From: a virus
Taxonomy: Duplodnaviria > Caudoviricetes
Virus record (IMG/VR): IMGVR_UViG_3300044657_000677
Location: 1 to 32,006 of that record
Length of the DNA: 32,006 nucleotides
Direction: 5' to 3' (one strand)
Of this stretch, positions 25,562-32,006 are shown in pieces. Each line of letters starts with the position of its first letter. The stretch's first letter is position 1. The notes below the pieces were generated by a model that was not told where the DNA came from, ran no database searches, and saw only the letters and a program-made list of their open reading frames with translations. Position numbers and translations under genes: made by a program.

Positions 25562-27444
25562 TGACTAAGCGCGAGATGGGCAATGTGGTGATGAGTGAAA
25601 TTAAGGCATCTAAGCTGGTGTGCATTGATGTTGAAACGAACGGCGTGAATTGGCTGCACGACAAAGTATTTGGGGTTGCCCTGGCGTGGGTCAATCCGCA
25701 AAGTCAGAGTGTCGATAGCACTTATTTTGACGTCAGAGAACAGCCGCAGTATTACGATTGGCTGCGCGACAATTCACCGGATTTTTTCCTGGTCAATCAC
25801 AATGTGAAGTTTGATTTGCATATGTTGGAAAATGACAAGATCAAGTTTGATTTAAATCGTGTGCGCTGTACAATGATCGCCGCAGCGTTAATTGACGAAC
25901 ATCGAATGTCATATAGCCTGGACGCATTGGCCGGTGATTATCTGAACGAAAATAAACACAGTGAGTTATACCAGCAGCTTGCCGATATTTTTGGGGGCCA
26001 GGCGACCCGCAATGTACAAATGCGCAATATTGCCGCCGCTCCGTCTTATTTGGTTGCACCGTATGCTTGCATTGATGCGGAGTTAGCACTAAAATTACAT
26101 CTGTTACAGATCAAAGAGATTGACGACCAGAATTTGCGGCAGGTGTATGACCTGGAATGCAGATTATTCCGTCATATTTACAACATGGAACGTCGAGGAA
26201 TCGCCGTCGACCTAGACGAGGCGGATTCAAGGTCTGAAATGCTGAACTCTGAAATTAATTTCAAGCAAGATCAATTAAACCAAAAGGCTGGAACAGAGAT
26301 AAATCCCAATCCATCCGGGTCTATTCACGAATTGTTCAAACCTGTGGAAGTCGGGGCTGGTGAATTCAAATGCGTAGACGGCACTATAGTCTCTGCCACT
26401 GGTGCGGGTAAACCGAGTCTTGACGCGGAAGCTTTGGGAAGGATGAAGCACCCATGTGCGGCCCTGATTTTGAACCTGCGTAAATTAAAAAAGACGCGTG
26501 ATACGTTTATTGGTAGCCATATCATAGGTCATGCCCACAATGGAAGAGTTCACCCCAACATTAATCAAACCAAGGGAACCGGCGGCGGCACTGGCACTGG
26601 AAGACTGAGTTACAACGGCCCGGCATTGCAACAAATACCCAGCAGAGATAAGCAGGTGGCGAAAATTGTGCGGCCCATATTCATTCCAGATGATGACCAG
26701 GGCTGGACCTACGGTGATTTAGACCAACACGAGCTTAGAATTTTCCATCACTACGTCAATGACCCCAAAATTGTAAATGCTTATCGTCAAAATCCCAATC
26801 TCGATGGTCATCAAGTAGTGGCCGATTTGACCGGGTTGCCGAGAGACGCGAAGAAATCTGGTGATATGAGGAACGCAAAGCAGATGAATCTCGCTATGGT
26901 GTTCAATATGGGTGGTGGTGAACTGGCTAGCGCAATGGGTCTGCCTTATACCATTGAAGAAATGAAGATTGGAAATGAGAGGCACGAATTTAAGAAAGCC
27001 GGACCCGAGGCCCAGGCGGTGATTGATGAATACTACAGGCTGATTCCAGGCGTGAAACAGATTTCTAAGCAAGCAAAGTCAATCGCGGCGAGCCGGGGTT
27101 ATGTGAAAACACTACTCGGACGGCATATTAGATTTCCGGGTGGTAAATTCACACACAAGGCTTCCGGGTTGGTCTATCAAGGGAGTGCTGGCGATTTAAA
27201 TAAGCTTAATATCTGCAACATTTGCGAATACTTAGAGGCCAACGACCCGGACTCTCATTTATTACTCAACATCCATGACGAATACTCGTTATCAATGTCG
27301 TTTGGGTCTGCACACCATCTGCATGAAATCAAGCGTATGATAGAAGACCAGCCGAGATTGAGGGTTCCATTAAGGATCGATTTTTCCGATCTTTCATCAA
27401 ACTGGTGGGATGCAACTGTCTCACCTTCTTTTACGGAGTGCTAG
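25561..27444 (+). CDS. dpoZ: family A DNA polymerase with 3'-5' exonuclease, DpoZ-like
   Basis: Exo motifs DVET, HNVKFD, YACID; TGRLS; motif A DLDQHELR; motif B KQMNLAMVF (L/F where Pol I has F762/Y766); IHDE; near purZ. Confidence 0.85.
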   Translation: MTKREMGNVVMSEIKASKLVCIDVETNGVNWLHDKVFGVALAWVNPQSQSVDSTYFDVREQPQYYDWLRDNSPDFFLVNHNVKFDLHMLENDKIKFDLNRVRCTMIAAALIDEHRMSYSLDALAGDYLNENKHSELYQQLADIFGGQATRNVQMRNIAAAPSYLVAPYACIDAELALKLHLLQIKEIDDQNLRQVYDLECRLFRHIYNMERRGIAVDLDEADSRSEMLNSEINFKQDQLNQKAGTEINPNPSGSIHELFKPVEVGAGEFKCVDGTIVSATGAGKPSLDAEALGRMKHPCAALILNLRKLKKTRDTFIGSHIIGHAHNGRVHPNINQTKGTGGGTGTGRLSYNGPALQQIPSRDKQVAKIVRPIFIPDDDQGWTYGDLDQHELRIFHHYVNDPKIVNAYRQNPNLDGHQVVADLTGLPRDAKKSGDMRNAKQMNLAMVFNMGGGELASAMGLPYTIEEMKIGNERHEFKKAGPEAQAVIDEYYRLIPGVKQISKQAKSIAASRGYVKTLLGRHIRFPGGKFTHKASGLVYQGSAGDLNKLNICNICEYLEANDPDSHLLLNIHDEYSLSMSFGSAHHLHEIKRMIEDQPRLRVPLRIDFSDLSSNWWDATVSPSFTEC

Positions 27445-27445
27445 A

Positions 27446-27715
27446 ATGACTGATTATGACAACACCAATAGAGGCGTATTGTTCGCCAATAATAAAAAGA
27501 CTAGTGACAGGTCGCCGTCTTCTACTGGCGGGGCGGATATCAAATGCCCAGGGTGTGATGGTGTGCACAATTTTAGGTTATCTGCCTGGACCAACGTCAT
27601 CAAACAGGGTGCCAGGGCCGGACAGAAGATGTTGAGCTTGTCATTTGAGGCACAAGAGCCAGCACCGATTTTGCCAACTGATTCAATCGATACTGACCAA
27701 GATATACCATTCTAA
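27446..27715 (+). CDS. small DUF736-like ssDNA-binding protein with an SSB-type DIPF tail
   Basis: ATG 27446; YDNTNRGVLF...LSAW...LSLS; ends DTDQDIPF. Confidence 0.7.
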   Translation: MTDYDNTNRGVLFANNKKTSDRSPSSTGGADIKCPGCDGVHNFRLSAWTNVIKQGARAGQKMLSLSFEAQEPAPILPTDSIDTDQDIPF

Positions 27716-27727
27716 CAGGAGATAACA

Positions 27728-28819
27728 ATGTTACCAAAGCACAAAAACACCACACTTATCTGCGACATGCAATTTGGTTCTACGGGAAAGGGACTTATTG
27801 CCGGTTATCTTGCGAAAAGGGATCAGCCCGACGTGTTAGTGACTTCTTGGAGTATGAATGCCGGTCATACCTTTATTGAGAAAACAATACTCCAAGAACA
27901 AAAGGTATACATTCATTGTATGCTTGCCAATGGCATTGTATCACCTAAATTGCGCCATGTATTACTTGGACCCGGTTCGCAGATTGGTCTGTCAAAGTTG
28001 AAACAAGAAGTTACGGCGTGTTCTTATTTGCTACGCAATTCCACAGTGCTAATACACGAAAATGCAACCATAATTCAAGATCGGCATGTGCAAGAAGAGC
28101 AACAAACCATGCTGGGTATTGGTTCTACTGCCAAAGGCTGCGGTTCCGCTTTGATCGAGAAGGTGAAACGATCACCCAAATCAAAGATCATAGCCCACGA
28201 TTTCAAAGACACAATTAAGCTCATGTTTGCAGATTGTGGTGCTAAGGTCCAGGTGGTTTCTAAATCAGTATATAATGCGGTGGTCGACAACGCTGAGCGC
28301 GTTCAAATTGAGGGTGCTCAGGGTTTTAGTCTCGGGATCAACAATGGCTTTTACCCTTATACAACATCACGCGAGTGTACCCCGGCCCAGATTTTGAGCG
28401 ATTGCGCAATACCGATTGGTATGCTTGATAAAGTGGTTGGGTGTATGCGGACTTATCCGATCCGGGTGGCAAATCGGCACGACGCCGAGGGCAACATGGT
28501 CGGGTGGTCTGGTCCGAGCTACCCAGATCAGAACGAGATTACTTTCAAGGATTTAAACCAGGATCAAGAATTGACCACGGTAACTAAATTGCCACGACGT
28601 ATTTTTGAATTCTCACAGAAACAATCTTGGGAGGCCATGCGTCAGGTCCGCCCCGATGAAGTATTTTTGAATTTCGCGAATTACTGTAATGAGAGTACCT
28701 TGAAATTAATCACAGAAATAATAAACTTGCACAGTCGCACTGTTGGGTGTGGTGGTGTTAAATTTTTGGGTTACGGCCCAGCAGAGGGAGATGTGGTGGA
28801 TGTCAGCGAAAAAATTTGA
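27728..28819 (+). CDS. purZ: N6-succino-2-amino-2'-deoxyadenylate synthase (PurA paralogue)
   Basis: DMQFGSTGKG (Ser in place of the PurA catalytic Asp), NAGHT, IGST.KG, EGAQG, YPYTTSR, TTVTKLPRR and NFANY. Confidence 0.95.
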   Translation: MLPKHKNTTLICDMQFGSTGKGLIAGYLAKRDQPDVLVTSWSMNAGHTFIEKTILQEQKVYIHCMLANGIVSPKLRHVLLGPGSQIGLSKLKQEVTACSYLLRNSTVLIHENATIIQDRHVQEEQQTMLGIGSTAKGCGSALIEKVKRSPKSKIIAHDFKDTIKLMFADCGAKVQVVSKSVYNAVVDNAERVQIEGAQGFSLGINNGFYPYTTSRECTPAQILSDCAIPIGMLDKVVGCMRTYPIRVANRHDAEGNMVGWSGPSYPDQNEITFKDLNQDQELTTVTKLPRRIFEFSQKQSWEAMRQVRPDEVFLNFANYCNESTLKLITEIINLHSRTVGCGGVKFLGYGPAEGDVVDVSEKI

Positions 28820-29405
28820 TAGTGGAAAACCCAAAATGAGCCTGGTTGACCCAGCTTTTGTTAGGGGAATGGCCGAAGTCCTGGATTTTGGCGAACAAAA
28901 ATATGGTGAAGCCAATTGGATGGAAGGTATGCCATGGAGCAAGTTGTACGATTCGTTGCAGCGACACGCACACAGCATCGCCGAGGGTGAATTTACGGAC
29001 CCGGAATCTGGAGCTTCACATTTCGCTCACGCCGCCTCGTGTCTGATGATGTTGGAATGGTACATTACCAACAAACCCGAGTATAACGATATGCGATTTT
29101 CCGGGAAAGAAGAAGAGGTATTGACTCTCGATTCGGCCCAGGCTAGAATTTTTCGTTGGGCTGACCGAATTATACCAGACCGAACGCCGGAAGACGCATT
29201 AAAAAAGTTGGTATACGAAGAAATTCCGGAGCTTTTGAATGGCGGTATCGATGATCCGCTGGAGTGGGCTGATGTGTTTATTCTGATTCTAGACTGTGCG
29301 AAGCTTCGCGGAATAGATATCGTGCAAGCTGCACACGATAAAATGGCAATTAACGAAGGTCGAGAGTGGGAAATTAATAAAGAGGGGTTGCTGAAGCACG
29401 TATGA
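28800..29405 (+). CDS. mazZ: dATP/dGTP diphosphohydrolase: DUF5664-like N-domain fused to a MazZ/DUF550 (MazG-like) domain
   Basis: KFDSGKP...FGEQKYGEANW..G in the N-terminal half; WAD...EEIPEL...EWADVFIL...KMAINEGREW in the C-terminal half; lies between purZ and datZ. Confidence 0.85.
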   Translation: MSAKKFDSGKPKMSLVDPAFVRGMAEVLDFGEQKYGEANWMEGMPWSKLYDSLQRHAHSIAEGEFTDPESGASHFAHAASCLMMLEWYITNKPEYNDMRFSGKEEEVLTLDSAQARIFRWADRIIPDRTPEDALKKLVYEEIPELLNGGIDDPLEWADVFILILDCAKLRGIDIVQAAHDKMAINEGREWEINKEGLLKHV

Positions 29406-29965
29406 AAAAATTGAGCGCGGGAGATGTACTTCGGGCTGCTGATGTTAAGAGATGGCAAATAGTGGCCACCTTGAGGCCGCAGAGTGTAGCCGAACACACA
29501 TATGGTGTAATGGTGCTGGCTATCGAGCTGGTCAATAGAATTCACTGGGGGCAGAGAGCGTATCGCGACTTGGAAGATGCGATGAAATACCGCGAAATAA
29601 TGGACGGGGTACTCAGAGCTGCTTTGGTGCATGATATGCCGGAAGTTGTGATGGGTGACATTCCAACGCCAGTGAAAGATGTGCTGAAAATTCGCGGCAA
29701 GATTGAAGAGGTTGAATCCTCAATGTCTTTCAATGATCTAATATCCGGTGATTTTAAGCCCGAAGTGCTTGACATTGTACGGCAAGCGGATTTAGTAGAG
29801 GCGGTTTGGTTTCTGTATCAGCACAGATCACACACCGAGCATTCACAATCGGTATACGAAAGATTGCGTGATAAGCTTAAGAGATGGCCCCACGCCGAAG
29901 AGCTATTCCAGGATTTAGTAGATCACGTCCCAGTCGAGTTAAACGATTTCTACGATGAAACCTGA
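29402..29965 (+). CDS. datZ: HD-domain dATP triphosphohydrolase
   Basis: VKRWQIV...QSVAEH, ALVHDMPEVVMGDIPTPVK and VRQADLVEA motifs; within the purZ cluster. Confidence 0.9.
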   Translation: MKKLSAGDVLRAADVKRWQIVATLRPQSVAEHTYGVMVLAIELVNRIHWGQRAYRDLEDAMKYREIMDGVLRAALVHDMPEVVMGDIPTPVKDVLKIRGKIEEVESSMSFNDLISGDFKPEVLDIVRQADLVEAVWFLYQHRSHTEHSQSVYERLRDKLKRWPHAEELFQDLVDHVPVELNDFYDET

Positions 29966-30332
29966 GCAAAAGATTAACGAAAGGATATCCAAGGCTTTGA
30001 GGTCCATTCCGTGTCTGGATGCCCACCGCGTCGAAATGAAGACCGGGGAACTCGGCTGGCCGGATTGGATTGTCTTTTTTGACGGCGGCAAATGCTGTTT
30101 CCTGGAAGCCAAGTGGGGCCATCAATGGACGGTACAGCAGCGCAATTTTGCCCTAAGGAAGACCAGGAGAGGCTTTTCCTGCTTTTTGGTGAGGGGTGGG
30201 ACTGAATATACCGATTTATCCCGCATCGTTGAAGGACAGGACGGAGAAGCGTTCCTGGTGCATATTAGCAGGTACTCTAGATCGATCCCAAATAAAACTT
30301 TTATTAAAGACTTAAAGAGGAATATCAAATGA
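29955..30332 (+). CDS. PD-(D/E)XK nuclease (VRR-NUC / Holliday junction resolvase-like)
   Basis: PEQKI, GWPDWIV, FLEAK and a downstream Q motif. Confidence 0.8.
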   Translation: MKPEQKINERISKALRSIPCLDAHRVEMKTGELGWPDWIVFFDGGKCCFLEAKWGHQWTVQQRNFALRKTRRGFSCFLVRGGTEYTDLSRIVEGQDGEAFLVHISRYSRSIPNKTFIKDLKRNIK

Positions 30333-30538
30333 TTGGAATACAAATAAAGCAAGATAGTCTGCACTGGCTTTGGGAACATCTGGCCAAACACACTCCGATC
30401 GATGAAGATGCGACCCAGGCCAGGTTCGATATACTTTCGTCAATTCAAATTGCCAGTCGTAATAGTTCATACTTGGAGGATTTGGACTTAATAGAACTCC
30501 GACCCACGGTCTACCCGACGCCGAAACCGGATTCTTGA
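30329..30538 (+). CDS. hypothetical protein
   Basis: GAGGA SD; ATGA overlap with the upstream gene. Confidence 0.65.
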   Translation: MIGIQIKQDSLHWLWEHLAKHTPIDEDATQARFDILSSIQIASRNSSYLEDLDLIELRPTVYPTPKPDS

Positions 30539-30544
30539 AATATA

Positions 30545-30574
30545 TTGTATTGACCCTATTCTGTGTGTTAAAAT
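30545..30574 (+). promoter_or_regulatory. sigma70-like extended -10 promoter (early region)
   Basis: TTGTAT(30545-30550)-N18-TAAAAT(30569-30574), preceded by GTGT. Confidence 0.65.
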
Positions 30575-30623
30575 GGGCCTGCAGTATTTTTTTAAACATA
30601 ATAGATTATAGAGGATATTACAG

Positions 30624-31481
30624 ATGATGGATATTTTATTGGATGCAGACTTTCAAAAATCATGCAAGCCCGTTAAGCGCATTGCTATCGGGGCTAAAGT
30701 CACCGTAGATGCCACTGGTACTGGTGATTGGGTGGTAGGTGAGGTTTTCCTATACGACGCCAAGCTCAAGAAAGTCACGATTTGCGAGATCAATACTGGT
30801 GAGTTGGTAGTGGTTATCCAGCCGCAATTGCTCAGAGTGACTGACTATTGGTGGAACCAGATTCGCGTCAAGGACCAGGAGGAAGATTACGAGGAGGAAG
30901 AGGAAGACTACGAGGACGGGGATGATTACCCTGAGAGCCTGGAGGACGAGGACGCCGAGGACGAGGACGCCGAAGCTGAGGAAGAGGCCGAAGGTGGCAG
31001 TGTTGTTAAAGAAAAATACAAGGCTCGCTACAAGAAGACGGTAACTTCGCAGGGCCGGGTATCACTACACAATGGTGATCCGGTATCCCAGGAATTGGCC
31101 GGTATGTCGGTTGAAGATACCTATCAGCATATAGCAACACAAACCAAATCTGAGGCTGCAGTCAGCGATCTGTCTATACGGTGGTCACATCTCAATAAGG
31201 GTCAGCAGCGGATGTTGTTAGGTAATTGGTATCGCAACTGGCTCCGTGATTTCGGCGACGATACGCTGATGGACAAGTTGGTTGAGCAAGTCAAGGAATA
31301 CATCGCCAAACCCGAGCATTACAACGCTGGCTGGGACGTAATCCTTGAGTGCTACACGGATCACGATATAAAGGATGAGATCCAGGGTGCTACCACTCTC
31401 AGAGGTGCAATCCGCAAATTGAAGCCTCTTGTGGATAGTCACGCCGCAGCTAGTATTGAGGTTTTATCAACTGTATTCTAA
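30624..31481 (+). CDS. hypothetical early protein with a long acidic tract
   Basis: GAGGA SD; ~40-residue D/E tract; central NGD.VS..L...WSHLNKGQQRM.LGN segment. Confidence 0.8.
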   Translation: MMDILLDADFQKSCKPVKRIAIGAKVTVDATGTGDWVVGEVFLYDAKLKKVTICEINTGELVVVIQPQLLRVTDYWWNQIRVKDQEEDYEEEEEDYEDGDDYPESLEDEDAEDEDAEAEEEAEGGSVVKEKYKARYKKTVTSQGRVSLHNGDPVSQELAGMSVEDTYQHIATQTKSEAAVSDLSIRWSHLNKGQQRMLLGNWYRNWLRDFGDDTLMDKLVEQVKEYIAKPEHYNAGWDVILECYTDHDIKDEIQGATTLRGAIRKLKPLVDSHAAASIEVLSTVF

Positions 31482-31490
31482 TAATAATCA

Positions 31491-31508
31491 GCCCCTAGAA
31501 ATAGGGGC
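31491..31508 (+). other. GAAA-tetraloop hairpin
   Basis: GCCCCTA-GAAA-TAGGGGC, intergenic, just upstream of an AAGGAG SD. Confidence 0.65.
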
Positions 31509-31523
31509 ATCAAGGAGAAGACC

Positions 31524-31746
31524 ATGTATAACGCAAAATCACTTATAAGCATCGCGAACTTTTGGGGAGAGGATATCACTCCAGAACAAGCAGTTTGGTT
31601 AGATACGGAAGTAAATTGCCTGCCAAGAAACGAGCAGGAAAAGTTTCTTGCCAGAACAAGCAGTTTGGTTAGATACGGAAGTAAATTGCCTGCCAAGAAA
31701 CGAGCAGGAAAAGTTTCTTGATCTTTACTACAGGTACGAAGCCTAA
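31524..31746 (+). pseudogene. small gene frameshifted by a 70-bp duplication (real or assembly artefact)
   Basis: With one copy removed it reads MYNAKS...EQEKFLDLYYRYEA* (50 aa, stop 31744-31746); as given it ends at 31721. Confidence 0.6.
31581..31720 (+). repeat. exact 70-bp tandem duplication
   Basis: 31581-31650 is identical to 31651-31720. Confidence 0.97.
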
Positions 31747-31765
31747 CAACCAAAGGGGCAGCAAA

Positions 31766-31891
31766 ATGAAAGCAACTAGAACCAACATGGCAGGCTACTC
31801 AACTCAAGAACTGATTGATTATGTCGAAAGGACTGATCGAAAGTTTAAAGCAGCACCAAAATTTATTAAGCGCACTAGTTATGCAATATGA
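31766..31891 (+). CDS. small hypothetical protein (41 aa)
   Basis: AAGGGG SD; reads MKATRTNMAGYSTQELIDYVERTDRKFKAAPKFIKRTSYAI*. Confidence 0.55.
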   Translation: MKATRTNMAGYSTQELIDYVERTDRKFKAAPKFIKRTSYAI

Positions 31892-32006
31892 TGATCTAGC
31901 GAAACTCGTACTCAGAAGACGAGGCAGCATGGGCATCAGGGCAGCAGCAAATGAAATCGGAATTAGCCCTACAACGCTTTCTAGAATTGAGCGCGGACAT
32001 ATCCCA
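31881..32006 (+). CDS. XRE-family helix-turn-helix regulator (5' part, runs off the window)
   Basis: Reads MQYDDLAKLVLRRRGSMGIRAAANEIGISPTTLSRIERGHIP, a canonical XRE HTH. Confidence 0.85.
   Translation, partial: MQYDDLAKLVLRRRGSMGIRAAANEIGISPTTLSRIERGHIP

Noticed and set aside
27728-28819. Annotation as an ordinary adenylosuccinate synthetase (purA) auxiliary gene
   Set aside because: It lacks the GDEGKG Asp and TKLD motifs, has PurZ-type residues, and sits next to mazZ and datZ.
29027-29632. 201-aa minus-strand ORF and the other minus-strand ORFs in the track
   Set aside because: They lie antisense to well-supported + strand genes and show no recognisable motifs.
31581-31720. 70-bp repeat considered as a CRISPR array or att site
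   Set aside because: The copies abut with no spacer, and no integrase is present.
1-32006. tRNA, rRNA, integrase, transposase, intron/intein, reverse transcriptase or DGR
   Set aside because: No supporting motifs were seen by eye; the polymerase, helicases and terminase are of uninterrupted length.

Overview
This window looks like an almost complete genome of a tailed, siphovirus-like dsDNA phage. All credible genes are on the + strand and no integrase is visible. The left part (911-18879) is the morphogenesis and lysis module: terminases, portal, gp7-like head protein, scaffold, P22-coat-like capsid, neck and tail genes, a tail chaperone with a -1 frameshift site, tape measure, tail tip and fibre, holins, and an M15 endolysin. 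The right part (19091-30332) is a replication module: AEP primase, SNF2 and UvrD helicases, SSB-like proteins, and a complete 2-aminoadenine (Z-genome) cluster. That cluster has a DpoZ-like PolA, PurZ (GSTGKG), a DUF5664+MazZ/DUF550 diphosphohydrolase and a DatZ HD hydrolase. Structure not explained by the genes includes: (i) a ~125-140 bp element present twice in inverted orientation (699-824 and 18881-19018), bracketing the virion module; (ii) four 5-bp-stem GGG-loop hairpins with different stems around the scaffold gene; (iii) a family of GTGT-extended sigma70-like promoters, one apparently giving a leaderless terS mRNA; (iv) a small unannotated basic KPTR-repeat peptide; (v) a SutA-like RNAP-binding protein; (vi) an XRE gene that appears split across the two window ends; (vii) an exact 70-bp tandem duplication. 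Family assignments come from motif recognition by eye; no database search was run.
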